A stretch of 64,000 bases of DNA from Torpedo marmorata (Eukaryota). The notes under the pieces were generated by a model that saw nothing but the letters and a program-made list of their open reading frames with translations, did not search any database and had not been told where the DNA came from. Made by a program: the position numbers and the translations under genes. Below are positions 26,965 through 40,759 of the stretch, piece after piece. The stretch is from the NCBI GenBank assembly GCA_977017645.1, contig OZ360224.1, positions 141,608,001-141,672,000 of the forward strand, in the 5' to 3' direction. The stretch's first letter is position 1. The number at the start of each line of letters is the position of its first letter.

Positions 26965-27300
26965 ATAACATGGAACCTAGGAGCAGAGATAGGCCACTCA
27001 TCCTCTGAGTCTATTCTGTGATTCAGTAAAATTATGCTTGATCTTATTGTAACCTCAACTCTGCACTCCTGTCTCCCTATGGTCATGTTTCATCTCTTTC
27101 TTGTCAAGAATCATGAACCTCTGTCTTAGAAATGCGCCAATACTTCATCAGACTTTGAGGCAGTGAATTCCATGGCTAATCTCTTATATTTTAATCATGT
27201 TTCTTATTCCACTGAACTTCAGTAGATAGAAGCTTCGCCAATACTCCCTTTCCTTGTAAGACAATCTGCCCATTCCCGGTGTTAATCTATTCTATGGCAT
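26965..27300 (-). mobile_element. Old CR1 LINE 3' remnant
   Basis: AACATGGAACCTAGGAGCAGAGATAGGCCACTCATCCTC resembles reverse-complement CR1 tails such as 55917-55990. Confidence 0.55.
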
Positions 27301-27828
27301 GTACAGTTTTTTGATTTAAAAAAAAGGTGGTTCACCCTTTTGCATTTCATTACAGCATTAATTTTCTCAGAATTACTGGAGTGCTGTGGTATGGTTGTTC
27401 AGTGACTTCACCTGAGGAGTGAGGAACCAGTTATCCAGACTGATGTCTTATTGCCCTGAGGTTTGATTGTTTTATTATTTCTTCACACAAAGCTTAATTC
27501 TGTCAGCCAGAGGTTCTTAACCCTTTCTGTGGAAGGACCCAGAAACAATAGCTTACTGCCTTTTCAACATCCATCTCATGGATCATGGTTGTCTTTTAAA
27601 ACATCATCAACTTAATTACATTAATCACATAAACAACATGATCAATTATTGGACATTTTAGGTGCTTTCAGCACTTGAACTGCTGGAAATAATTCCTTTA
27701 TCGATTCAATTTATTATGCCATCTGAACGGAAATATGCAAACATTGTGGTGGACCACAACAAAAACAAAAATGTGACAAAACAAATTGAGCTCATAATCA
27801 GGACAAATGTGCATGTTTCTATATGAAG

Positions 27829-27830
<2 letters not shown>

Positions 27831-27891
<61 letters not shown>
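27831..27891. repeat. (CA)n microsatellite, about 30 units
   Basis: Seen directly. Confidence 0.98.
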
Positions 27892-27892
<1 letters not shown>

Positions 27893-29509
27893 CTTTTGCT
27901 CACACCCTACACCTTAACATTTCCTCAGAAACCTCTCCTCAGGTTTTCCTGCCTCACATCTCTCAGCCTTTTCCTGGTCTTTCTCCACCATAACTAACTC
28001 CTGTTCTCCTGCCACCAACCAGTCACGAGCTACTAGCATATGTCTGCTCCCTGACTCTGGTTGTCTTGCCATCCATGATCCCAGCAGCCAGGGCACCAAA
28101 GGTCTGAGGCCTAAAGTAGACCCATCAGTCCTTCCTGCAGGTAAACCTCCCAGGAGTTTGAGCTGTCCATCCAATGCCCATGGTGACTGCAGCTGTGAAT
28201 TAGTGGGGGATACCAGGAAAATCCATTTGTGCTGTTCTGTGATAGTGGCTGAGTGATGAAACCAGCTCTGCCCACCAGCAGAGTATTCATAACCTGCTGT
28301 ATGTTATTGGCCCAAAACCTTTCTTTGACCAGAAGTGAAATAGTATGTGGCAAATGTTAACTCAAACCATAATAGTTGGTGAAGAGTTCCCTGATCAGTA
28401 GCATAAAAATTGTGTGAACAGATCTAGGTTTTCATGTACCTGCTCTGAGAGAGTGGAGTTGTGACCTTCACATCAAAGATTTTCTGTAATGCTGCAATGT
28501 TCAGTAAAGAAAAACATCTCAAAGGAGCAGAGCATGGAATACAGCTGTTTAACTCAAATAAAATAGCAATGACTGTGCGCGTGTGTGTGTGAGTTTCCGT
28601 GAAGATAATGAGGTCAGACGGCAGAAACACTTTTGTAACCATATTTCTTGCAGACTTGGCTATGCAGAATGGATATCAGTGGCATTTGTGAGGGAGGATT
28701 GTAAATGTAGCAATAGAACTGCATACCTTTAGCAGTGGCAAATGTTTCTCTATAGACTCTTGCCACCGCTTTTATACTAAACTTTAGGTTATTTATGACT
28801 TATCACAATGCCTGTATAGATATTGAAAACATTTAACCAATTTATGTAGAGCCAGCTCCTTTCTTGTACTCCAAGTGTATTTTGATAAAAATGCTTATGT
28901 GCAGCATTTTAATTTACACCCTTCTCAAATTTTCTCTCCTATCCAGGACTAACACTGATATAGCTTATTGGGTTACATTTGAAAATGATATAACTGAAAA
29001 AATGCTCACGAACAATAATGATGGCAGATTTGAGGAGAAAAGTCATATTAATGCTTGTGGTGTATTGTCTAAATAATGGTGCCAATAATAGAATTAATGC
29101 CTTTAGGATGATGACTATCAATCGCCTATCATCTCTGGGCTCTGATACAGTTAAAGTGGACCTGATGAGACAGGTAGTATGCATCGTGCCAATGCAAAAT
29201 ACATAGAAGAATGAGGGCAGAATTTTATATTCATGTACAAAGAAGCTGAACTTTGGCAGCACCATGGATGGAAATGGAAAAAACCATGCACACTGTGTGA
29301 ATGAGTTTCTGATGTGTTTTACCACTGGAAACACAAAGTTGAACAGGCAACTTATGTTCACAGTTTCAAGAATAACAGTATTTCATTTGGCAGTATTACC
29401 TCAAATAAAGCTTTCTTCATAAAACCAATGATTCATTTTGGATATTGATCACAGGCATAAGTAATCCAAAAGAACCCAATTGACCAATGAATCTAGAATA
29501 TAGAAGATG

Positions 29510-29872
29510 GGCTAGAACAGTACAGCACTGAAACGGGCTCTTCGGCTTATAATGTCTGTGCTGAACATGGTACCTAAATTAAGTTCAGGCTCTGCTGTCC
29601 GTACATGATACCCATCCCTCTATCTTGCATATTCATGTGCCTATCTGTTAGCCCTTTAAATGTCAATTTGGAAGCCTTTTAAATACTATGATCAAATATG
29701 CTTCTGCACTACTCCTGGATGGCCATTCCAGGCATCTACCACATTCTAAGCAAAAAAAAATCATTCTCCACACATCTCCTTTAAACGCGTCCTCAAGTTT
29801 GTGATACTCTTTCCTTGGGAAAAAGATTCTGACTGCACACTCTATCTATGCCTCTCAGAATTTTAGAAACTT
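29510..29872 (-). mobile_element. CR1 LINE 3' fragment
   Basis: TAGAACAGTACAGCACTGAAACGGGCTCTTCGGC...CATTCCAGGCATCTACCAC...CTATCTATGCCTCTCAGAATTTT. Confidence 0.7.
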
Positions 29873-32800
29873 AATTGAAGTTTATAAATTAAATCGAAAG
29901 TGCTGGATGATCATGAGTGTGCAATTAAGTACAAGAAACCTAGAGGATTGTTGCTTCTGCACCTTAAAGAAATTGAACCCAAATGCAGGGTGCTTGTAGG
30001 CATTGGTTAGGCAGAGCTGAGGGAGCAGCTCCAGGGCATTCCTTGTTTTACTGTTCTGTTGAGTACCACATTTACCCAGAGAGGATACTTAATAATCACA
30101 GAATAGTCATCGGTTACATCACACATTTATGCCATTAATTTAAAAAGAATACTGTTGAAATTTTAAAAATGGGGGTTCTATTTGTTTGTGGATAGAAGCA
30201 TTCAGCGATGTCGAGATTGTCGAATTGTGCCTGCTTTGAGAATCCAGCACACAGTGATCCAAAGTGATGGGATGCTCTCACTTGCAAGTCTTATTTTCCA
30301 GAAAAATGAACAGTTTGCCGAGACAGTGGGGTCTGAACAAACACAGTTACAATTATACCTGATAATTATGCTAAAGTAAGGTACTATTCAAATAACACAT
30401 TTAGTACACTGAGACTTCCTTTTGTGTTGCACATTGGAGGTAAATAATAACTGTATTGGCAGCATATTTTACCTTTCTCCTAAATATTATTTCCATTTTT
30501 AATTATCCTAGTACAATTAACAGCTGGTAATCTCAGGTACACAGATCTTTGTCACTGCAGAAGGGATTTTGACTGAGATAATATATATTTACTGCATTCA
30601 GTCTACTCTGATGCTTTTAGTGTCACATAGCGAGAGCGTTGGTAATGGGGGATTTTTCAAAGCAGCATCAGTAATGTTGGATGAATAATATGTTGTGTTA
30701 GAACTATGATCAGCTATTCCAGGTATGGCCAGGCCACCAAACATTGATCTGAAAAGCAAAAACTCATAAAACTACCAAGCAATAAATGATTTAGAATGTA
30801 ATTCACTGATGGCATGGTTATTGTATTTGTGTACTAGTTATACACTGAAATAGAGTTGAAAATTAAATCTTATCCACTTCTGTCCTTTGATACTTTTAGT
30901 GATGTCACATGTTAATTATCACAACACAGTTTTTTTTAAACACTGAAAATTAGCTTTTACAGGAAAGGCACCTCATTCCTGCTGGTTTTAATCTTTGTTT
31001 GAAACATTTTGTTAACTTTTAGTTTTTATGTTTTTTTAATCACTTCTTACTAGTCCAAAATTTATTTCCCTCTCAAGGTCTTGTTCAGTCTCTTTCGATA
31101 TTGAAATCACTTACATTAACCACTCTTCTTCCCCAATCTTTCCAATGCTAATTTCATAGTCCTTCAATTTGATTGGTTCATGAGCAAAGTAATTAACTCA
31201 ACCAGTTAAAGAAAAACTTCACACATACAAGTCAAGCCTCACTAAAGTAAGATACCATTCAAATTCCCTCCTACACCAAATTCTGGTCCAATATATTTCC
31301 CATATTTTATCTTCTGTTTCACTGGAAATAATCTAGTCTAACTGCCAAGGTTGCAGTGTGATCCAGGAAGTGGAAAAAGCCAATGGACTTTTGTGCCAAT
31401 CTCGAATGATACAGCAAATGGTAGAACCATTCCTTTTCCCAAACCTGTCATAAAACTAATGTTATTTGTTATTGTGGAAAACAATAGATAAACAAAAAGT
31501 AGTAGTAACTGTATTAAGTGCTAGATATTGCACATGCACAAAAAACAAGATTAAGATCAGAGAAATGCACATTTTCTGATTCTTTCCATATATTCTACTA
31601 TATTTATTCTTATTTTGCATTGGCATTATTTACCTTAGTTAATTTCAAAAAAATCTTTTGATGTTATTCAACCAGAAATAAAATCAGTGATATGCCACCT
31701 GGTCGAATGGGCATCCAGTTGCAAAGGTAACACAACATTCTGATTGTTCTGTGGACTGCATCTTAGCACAAAATAGATTCATCTTCCCACTTTTCCAGTC
31801 AATGAAAGCTCTAACAATCAACTTACAAAAGCCAGAAAACCGTCAAGCTACTGATGCTGACCAAAAAAGATAAGTTAATTAACCAATTAAAAAAAAATCA
31901 CACACAGTTTTAAAGAAGGAAATAAAAGGACCAAGGGGTGCTCGCTGGTTGAAATGAATGAGGGATAGATGCCCATTTCAATAAATATTTTAAGAAAATT
32001 AGATTAAATAATGAATTTGGCATTGATTGAAATGAAATGATTTTGGATTGAGTTTCACTTTAAAAATTCTATGGAACTTGATTCCTCACAATAAAACCAT
32101 TTTCAGCTTGGCTTTAGTCCATGCAAGCAGGCAATGTGAAGGGAAGCAAGTTGAAAGAGCTGATAGTGTTTGTTCTGCACTGTGCAACTGTTGCCAGTAG
32201 CATCAAGCCAAATTGAATCAAGCTTTTCCTAAACCAATGATATGCTAAGTATTTACTTGGATGCAGAATGAAGTTAATTAAGACAAGTGTAGCCTTGGGA
32301 CTAGAACTTTCACTCTCATTAGACTGAGGCTTGGTGCCATGACCAAGGTCATCATTCTGAGATTCCTGTGCTTGTTTCATAAAACCTTCCTGTTGATACA
32401 CTAGGGAATCAGGTGAGCAAAATTACAAACACCCAGTATATCATTTGTGTTCCACAGTGGGAGATTGGGGTGAGTAAATTGGTATTGGTAGGGATACTCA
32501 TAATGTCAGTTTTATTCAAAGAAAATTTTATTTGAAGTCACCCTGCAGATACATCCAAGCATTTTTTTTAAAAGCAGTGTCTTATAACTAATTATGAGCT
32601 CATTTACTCTGAGCAGATTTAATTTTAATTAAACAAAATGGGCACCCATCCTAACATGATTGTAGGCAAATTCTCTAGAATGTATAAATAACTGATTATG
32701 ATTATTTGCCTGTTCACATTGTATTTTTATGACACAAATGAATAATTAATTTATTTTGACAGATACTCTTATTCCCCATTTATACCTAAAGATTAGAAAA

Positions 32801-33048
32801 CAGAATAAACACTTTGCACCTTTCACAATATCCAAGCATCAAAAAGCACTTTACAAACAAGGAAGCAATTTTGAAGTATAGTATTTGTGTTATGTATGAA
32901 GAACTGCAACCAAGTATTATGGATCAAAGAGCATACCTCTGGATTACGTTAATTGGAATGTGATTTGCTTCTATTTTCAAACTAAGACAAATTAGAAATC
33001 AGAACACTGCATTGCAAATACTTTACAACATAAAAAGTAGATAAATAG

Positions 33049-33638
33049 TATAGTGACTTCAATCCAACAAATAGTCACTTGGAGGCTAGATGAGATACTT
33101 GTTCTTGACGCGTTTCAATTAATTTACTAACAAGTCCAATAGGTTAAAAAAACTTTATTTACACACGTGACGCAGCAATCTTCAATGACTTAAATATCTT
33201 CTTTAAACAAAATATAAACAGTTCTTGATAACGATGTTTAATAAATTCCTTTAAACAATTCCTTTGACTGTATTTAAATGTTCAATGAAATTACTTTAAA
33301 GACTTTAAACCATCAATGAAACGATCAATAAAAGATATGGCGATCTCACTCACCCTCCTCTAAGCCGCCATCTTTTTCTATTCTTTATCCCGATTCGCGC
33401 ATGCTCAATGCGCATACTCTACTGCGCATACTCCACCGCGCATACTCCACTGCGCACACTCTACCGCGCACACTGCCGTCAATTCCCAACTGCGCATGCA
33501 CCCGTCGGCACTCCCGCACATGCGCAGAGTACTAAATAGGCCTAGCACGGCCTACCAAACACCGCGACTCCTCCGTAAACCGCCGAGACCATCGGAGCGC
33601 CGCGACCAAGGTAAGTAATTAAGCTTACGGCTCTTACA
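33049..33638 (-). mobile_element. Solo LTR, copy 2 (same family as 19937-20544)
   Basis: End-to-end similarity to copy 1. TSD AATAG (33044-48) and AATGG (33639-43), one mismatch. Confidence 0.85.
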
Positions 33639-33979
33639 AATGGTATAATTGGGGGTTACATGTAACTTTCAGGATGGGAGTTGCTTCTTTTGAATTGAGC
33701 ATTTCATTTGAAGCATATGATCAAAACTGTATCGACACATTAAATAGAATCTATGTTATTCTGTAATTCACTGATGACATTCAATACTAATGTTATTTAA
33801 AGACGATGATTGGGAATGCATTAGGATAGCACCCCCAATAAAAAAAGATGATTGGTACATTTAATTAATCTTCCTTTTGTCAATCATTTGTGCTGCCTTC
33901 TCACTCTGGTTACAGTGGCCAACTATGTAAACCACATGTCTCATTAACTCAGTAGAGTACCCAATATCTTTTACGTCCA

Positions 33980-34300
33980 CCTTGGCTTCACATAAGCTTG
34001 CATTACTCAAAACCATCCTGGAGCTGCTAAGGGGGAGATGCATGTTGACAGGATTAGGTGTGGAAATGATTGTAACTGACAATAAACTGGTGGCAAAACA
34101 CAGGAGAACAGTGCACCAAAAGCCAGAATGGAGATGGGGAGAACTATCCTTTGTCAACAGAAGTCTGAGGACTCTCCAGATAGAGAATCAGAAGGCAGTG
34201 AGTGAAGAAAATTGTGGAGGTCTCTGCCAAAAGTCTGGCCCCAGGTCTTTCATTCAATGCCATAAGCAATTTGATGATCACATGTCCAATCAGGGTAATT
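33980..34300 (+). mobile_element. Possible degenerate PIF/Harbinger Myb/SANT-like ORF remnant
   Basis: PRSFIQCHKQFDDH resembles the PRTWxQCRKKFNDL motif of Harbinger-associated Myb/SANT proteins. Otherwise highly decayed. Confidence 0.4.
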
Positions 34301-35445
34301 GGACATGTTCTTCAGGTGAATATCCCATGAGTGCACCACACTTCTTGTTCCTTCATATTGCCCATTACCCACTCGACTATCAATCTTTACAAATCTGAAC
34401 TTGGACCTCATGGCACTGAACCTTGCAGTAACCAATGAAGCCCACAGATACAATGTCATCCACTGAACAATGTACAGATATTTCTTGTGCAGTTCCTTCT
34501 TTGGGGATGTTGGGGTTAAAGCTACCTGACATTTTGTGGTCAGGTCTGGCAAAATTGACAGTACTGTCCTTCATGTAATAGGATTGTGATGGAAGGGTCA
34601 GAAAATACCCGCCAATGAAAGACAGTGAAAATATATTTGACAATGCTTTCGAATTTGGTTGGCCTTTCCAGCTGTTAAAACTGCCAAATACTCTGACTTT
34701 CAAAAATATTCACTCATATTTAAAATCAATTAATGTTTAAAGCCTGCTACAAAAAATCCAAAACATTGAAAAACACACATAAAAAGTTAAAAACGATCAA
34801 ATAATAAAAAAAAAATCAAAATTAAATAATGTACACTGTATCCTCTCAAAGGTTGAGACGACACTGCAGACAACAGAGTATCTTAGTCATTTATGGCTTT
34901 TAGACATAAATACCGAGAATTTCCCATCATCAATTTGCATACTTACCCTCCGGAGTGGCCGTTCACACAGGAAGGACGTTTACACTAACTTCCTGCGTTG
35001 CGGTGATTTCGGAGGGTGGACATCATATTCGTTAGCCCAGTGTTGCGGACCGCCTGCAGTTCAGTTTAGACTGCAGGCAGTCTGCAAAATTGTCTAGGGC
35101 TGCTGCAGGAAAAATGTTGGGACAGAAATTAGTTACTAATTTCTGTCACGACCTTTTTAAACAGCCAGCGTTGCAGGAAATTTGCGAGAATTTCCCGTTA
35201 TGCAGCGGCTGTTTAAAAGTCATAAGTGCTATCTTTGTTTCAGGTATGGAGATTAGAATTCTTCTTTCTACATGTAACAAAAGAAGTTTTGACATACTTG
35301 TCCCATCCATGTGAGTATGGCACATGATATATTCTGTTAAGGAGGGGAAGGATTGAATCCTGTTAATTATAATTTGGGCTAGTTACTGTACGGATTGCTT
35401 TAATTCATTTCAAAGTATCTTTAATGCCTCATTCCTTCAAGATAT

Positions 35446-35640
35446 TTGGGAGCATTGTTCAGCAGAGTGGTTGCTGCAAGTGGAGCTTGTGAGCTATATC
35501 ACCAACAATCTGGGCTCAACCCTGACCTTTGGTTCTCTCTGTGTAGAGTTTGTACATTCTCCCCAACAATATCTACATTTCCCCTCCATGCTCTGGTTTC
35601 CTCTCACATACCAAGAACTTGCTCATTGGTTGGTTAATTG
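35446..35640 (+). mobile_element. Old V-SINE remnant
   Basis: CTGTGTAGAGTTTGTACATTCTCCCC...TGCTCTGGTTTCCTCTCACATACCAAG V-domain. Confidence 0.7.
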
Positions 35641-37261
35641 TCAAAACAGTACTTCATGAAGATATTTCTACAAAAATCACAATTAGAGCAGTAAATGCAC
35701 AACAAATCACACTCTAAACCCAATTAGCTCAAGTGTAAAAAATGAAACATGATTTATAACACAAAAGGAATCATTGCATTTAATCTGGGCCTTTGTATTT
35801 AATTGACTTCAATACTCTCCATATCTACTCGTTCTCCCAATATAAAATGCTTATACATTCTTCCCTTGGAAGGTATAATAGTTTGATCCAGTTAAACCGT
35901 TCCTTGAACCAAACATAAAGATATTCCAAAGCACCCTTCTCTGATGCTAGTATTGGAGGACTTCCCATTTTAAAATGCATTTGAAGATTTATATCACAAC
36001 AACTCTGGGAAATCTGCTTTTTGTATTTATCTGCAGTGATACTTATGCCTGTAGATGGCACTGTGTTATATTTGTTTCAATACATAAAATCACAATATTG
36101 GTTGCTCAGTCAGTGCTATCTCTATGGTCTATGCTGGCAGGTAAAATCAGTGTCATGGGTGGAGTTTGAATATAATTACAGGCCCAATTATATTCTGGTG
36201 CATTGTGCTTTTTATCAATTCATAACTTTATTAGCATACCAAATAAATTAGGATGATTTTGAGCTTATGTCTATTTGGTTCTCAATCCTTTCCTCGCTTC
36301 CTTTTCTCTCTCTGTCCTGTTTATCTCCTTTATATCCTTTCTTCTGATTCCCTCTGCTTTTTTTGTATTTCCGTCTTTTTCCTCCTCTTTCCAAGTTCAC
36401 CAATTCTCCTGTCCTCTTCCTGATTATCACATTTTAATTTTTAAGAACCTGACTAATCAATGTTTCTTTCTTTTTAATCTAGAAGTATTCCAAACAAGGT
36501 TGCAGTCTTAGATTGTTTCATTTCTTGCTCCACAGATGCTGCCTGGCCTCCTATATATTTTCAGAATTATTATTTTTTAAAATTTTGAGTATCTGCAGTT
36601 TTTAACTTTCCAATGGAAATACATTTAATTGTTCGAAAATAATAAGAAATGTAATGTGTCAGACATATACTGGACTTAAAAATGCTAGTACAGGAGAGTG
36701 ATAATTAAAACACTATTGCATGTAAACAAATCACCTTTTCTATCCATTGCTTGACACAGCCACTGATAAACTGATGTATCAACATATACTGTATTTCAGA
36801 AAAGAAATTAAACAATGGCTTCATCTGTACTCTGTTGCGGTCTCATGAAATCCAAGTAAACTGGTCAATATTTATCCCCATTATACATGTTCATTACGAT
36901 GTAACTGGTTTCTGGAGCTTATTTTGTGTAATTTGTGTTTTAGTCACTCCTGCAGAAACCAATAATTATTTAATGTTAAAATCAATACAGAGAAAATTTG
37001 CATTAGTTCAACATTTTTCCTGTAGTCACAGGTTGTGCTTCAAACATGGGAAGAAACTTCATCCAACACCTGTCTATTGTTTTAGTGAATAATTTAGATA
37101 TTTTTTCAGTGAAGTTGAAAATTAGAAACCTATGCTGTGCCTATTAATTATTACAGTGTCCAGTTAAATAAATGTTGAGCATTTTCACTGTTTAAATTGT
37201 GGGGAAGATTTTCAACTTGGTTTATTGGCTTATAATTGAAGTTGTAGATGGGTTACTCCTT

Positions 37262-38271
37262 TTTAAAAAAAAAAATTTATTAAAAATTTTAAATCACAAA
37301 ATACATAAAGTAAAATATGAAATTATCAAAATACTTGTGATACATTTTCATCCCCCCTCCCTCCCTCCCCTCCCTAACCTTCCCATCCCTACTAATCTAC
37401 TAAAATAAAAATAAAAAGAAAAGAAAAAGATAGAATAAGGAGAATGTCAATCTAAAAAAAAAATACATCTATAACTAATTTTATTATGGAGGATAGGTTC
37501 ACCAGTCAGATCCGATGTCCAGAGATCATCAAATCCTTAAACCAACAGCCTTCATATATGGGCTCCATATTTTCAAAAAGAAATGATATTTATTACGTAA
37601 ATTATAAGTAATTTTTTCAAGTGGTATACATGAACGAAGTTCTGCATGCCATCTCTCTAACCCTAAATCTACATCAGATTTCCATGTAATAGCAATACAT
37701 TTCTTAGAAACTGCTAAAGCAATTCGCAAAAATTCTATTTGATACATATTTAATTTCATCTTAATACTAACTCTTTTAATATCTCCAAACAAAAATATCA
37801 TTGGGTCCATTGGGAATGTAATTTTTAATACTTTATCTAAAAACTTTTTAACTTTCAACCAAAAATCATAAACCTTTGGACAAAACCATGTAGAGTGTAC
37901 AAATGAACCTTCCTCTCTATTACATCTAAAACATAAGCCTGATAACGTCGCATTAAATTTCTTAAATTTTTTAGACGTTAAATATAATTGATGAAAAAAA
38001 TTATATTGAACTAATCTATATCTAACATTAATAATTTTTGTCATACTTAGTTTACATAATTCTTTCCAATGTTCTTCATCTATTATTACATTCAAATCTG
38101 ATTCCCATTTTAATCTTGATTTATGAATTCCTACTTTAGGGATTTTCCTCTGAAACAGTCTATACATTTGAGAAATAAATTTATTTACACCTCCATTAGT
38201 AAAGAATAATTCTAATTCACTTTGTCTTCGTAAAGTCAAACTATAGCCTAATTTCCCAACTAAAAATGCTC
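37262..38271 (-). mobile_element. L1-clade LINE, 5'-truncated, with 17-bp TSD
   Basis: ORF 37529-38239 is similar to the C-terminus encoded at 50130-51118 (CFRC...HSTWFC motif). A-rich tail and TSD TAGATGGGTTACTCCTT at 37245-37261 and 38272-38288. Confidence 0.93.
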
Positions 38272-38550
38272 TAGATGGGTTACTCCTTATAAAACTTTGC
38301 AGAGGTTGAAAATCCTGCAGTTATGATGCAAAGGCATGCATAGAATCAAGATTTGTCTATATTTTCCAGCTGGTGAAAGCATTTTAAATCTTGTACCTCT
38401 GCTACCTATCTCCTTTCATCAGATTTTAAATTATGAGAATATTCGGTGTTTGTATATCAATTCGCAATGGTAATGTAAAGTTGAATTAAAAAAAATGATA
38501 AAGATCTAAAACCATAACGTTTGTTTCATATTATTTAAGCTGTATTTTAA

Positions 38551-38800
38551 AGGGTGGCACAATTAGCATCGCGGTTAGCGCAACGCTGTTACAGTGACAG
38601 CAACCCTGGTTCAAATTTGGCGCTGTCTGTAAGGAGTTTGTACGTTCTCCCCATGTCTGCATGGGTTTTCTCCGGGTGCTCCAGTTTCCCCCCACCGTTC
38701 AAAAACATACTGGGGTTGTAGGTCAATTGGGTGTAATTGGGCGGCACGGGCTCGTGGACCGAAAGGGCCTGTTACCATGATGTATGTCTATATAAAAAAA
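38551..38800 (+). mobile_element. V-SINE (HE1-like)
   Basis: tRNA-like head GGGTGGCACAATTAGC...GGTTCAAAT, V-domain and CR1-type tail. Confidence 0.9.
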
Positions 38801-38924
38801 ACACATCAAACAATATTTCAAACACTTCCAATAAACTTTACAAGCCATTCCTTTTGATTGAAAAATATCTCACAGGTTCTCTGGTGTCTAAACTTGGAAA
38901 TTACAGGTATCTGATAAATTTTAA

Positions 38925-39187
38925 TTTTTTAAAATTTAAATTTGGACATACAGCACAGTAACAGGCCATTTCGGTCCACAAGTCCGTGCCACCCAATTTA
39001 CACCCAATTAACCTACAACCCCCGGTACGTTTCGAACAGTGGGAGGAAACCGGAGCTCCAGGGAAAACCCATGCAGACATGGGGAGAAAGTACAAATTCC
39101 TTACAGACAGCGTGAGATTCGAACCCAAGTCCCAATCGCTGGCGCTGTAAAGGCGTTGCGCTAACCGCTACACCAACCGTGCCGCCT
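38925..39187 (-). mobile_element. V-SINE (HE1-like)
   Basis: Reverse-complement copy with B box GGTTCGAATC and a (TAAATT)n tail. Confidence 0.9.
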
Positions 39188-39876
39188 TGATATAGCTCTA
39201 ATATGTTGGACATGGACCGAGGAGACTTGCAGGCTCACGCCTTTAGTTTTGATCTCTGTGCCTATCAATCTGTGAGTTTCTGCCTGCTGCAGTGATTGAG
39301 CAGAAAATTGCTGCCAAGAGCAGGAATGCTAAGCCCAGTTTGGACACTATTGTGACTGAATTTTCTATCCAGATGTTCGCCACTTTTGCCTGCTTTAATC
39401 AGAGTATCAGTCTCAGAGAGGGCAAGCTGTCACGGGCTCTTAAACTCACCACTGATGCCCTTGTGCTGGGTGATTGAAAAAAGAGCAGCCTTTCATGGAG
39501 ATGTGGTTAGCTTGCATGTGAATAATTGGACGAAACCTGCAAATGGAGTTTATGTGGGGAAGTGTGAGGTCCTACACTTTCATAAGAGGAATTAAAAGAC
39601 TGATTATTATCCAAGTGAAGAGAGACTGGAAGTGAGTGAAGTTCAGATGGATCTAAGTGTTCCCAGGTGAGTGAGATTTGTTGTTCTGATTCCAACACCA
39701 AGTGATGCTCATGTGATGACCTTCCAACCAGCAGGGAGTTGGTTATATCCCCTACTGGTTATATCCCCTGCAGGCCCATCTTCTCTTCACTCCAACTTTG
39801 TGCTTTCACAAACAATTCCCTCATGCAGCTCAGCAAATAACATTCACCACCTTTTGCTTTTGTAACAGCGGGTGAC

Positions 39877-40562
39877 TTTCCCTGAAAGTTGAGTCACACG
39901 TAGATAGGGTAGTGAAGAAAGCATTTGGTATGTTGGCCTTCATAAATCAGAGTATTGAATATAGGAGTTGGGATGTCATGCTGAAGTTGTATAAGGCATT
40001 TGTGAGGCCAAATTTGGAATTTTGTGCGCAGTTTTGGTCGCCGAATTACAGGAAGGATATAAACAGAATAGAGAGAGTGCAGAGGAGATTTACAAGAATG
40101 TTGCCTGGGTTTCTAGGTTTGAGTTATAGGGAAAGGTTGAACAGGCTGGGACTTTATTCCCTGGAGCGTAGAAGGTTGAGGGGTGATTTGATGGAGGTAT
40201 TTATAATTATGAAGGGGAAAGATAGAGTCAATGTGGACAGGCTTTTTCCATTGAGAGAGGGGAAGATTCAAACAAGAGGGCATGGTTGAGATTGAAGGGG
40301 GAAAAGTTTAGAGGAAACATGAGGGGGAATTTCTTCACTCAAAGGGTGGTAGGAGGGTGGAATGAGCTTCCGGCCGAAGTGGTAGATGCAGGTTCAATTT
40401 TAATGTTTAAGGAAAAGTTGGATAGGTATATGGACGAGAGAGGTGTGAAGGGTTATGGGCCGGGTGCGGGTCAGTGGGACTAGGTGGGAGAATGTGTTCG
40501 GCATGGACTAGAAGGGCCGAACTGGCCTGTTTCTGTGCTGTAAATGTTATATGGTTATATGG
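39877..40562 (+). mobile_element. CR1 LINE 3' fragment
   Basis: KAFGMLAFI...LYKAFVRPNLEFCAQFWSP...LERRRLRGDL and FFTQRVVGGWN, with a (TTATATGG)n tail. Confidence 0.92.
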
Positions 40563-40759
40563 TGATGCAGGGGTCTGTGAGGAGCTCACCTGAGGTTGGT
40601 TGCTGAGGTTTGGCTCTAAAGAACAACCATAGAATGCTTGTGATAGACACCTGTTGAGTGAGAGCTTCACTCGGAAGTCCATATTGCAGTGCTGCCTCAT
40701 GAATGAAAGGCAGGAGGAAGCATGATAAATTGAAGTTTGATACCAATGATTAGCTTGGG

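Noticed and set aside
38551-38625. tRNA gene
   Set aside because: It is the tRNA-derived head of a SINE, with no complete cloverleaf.
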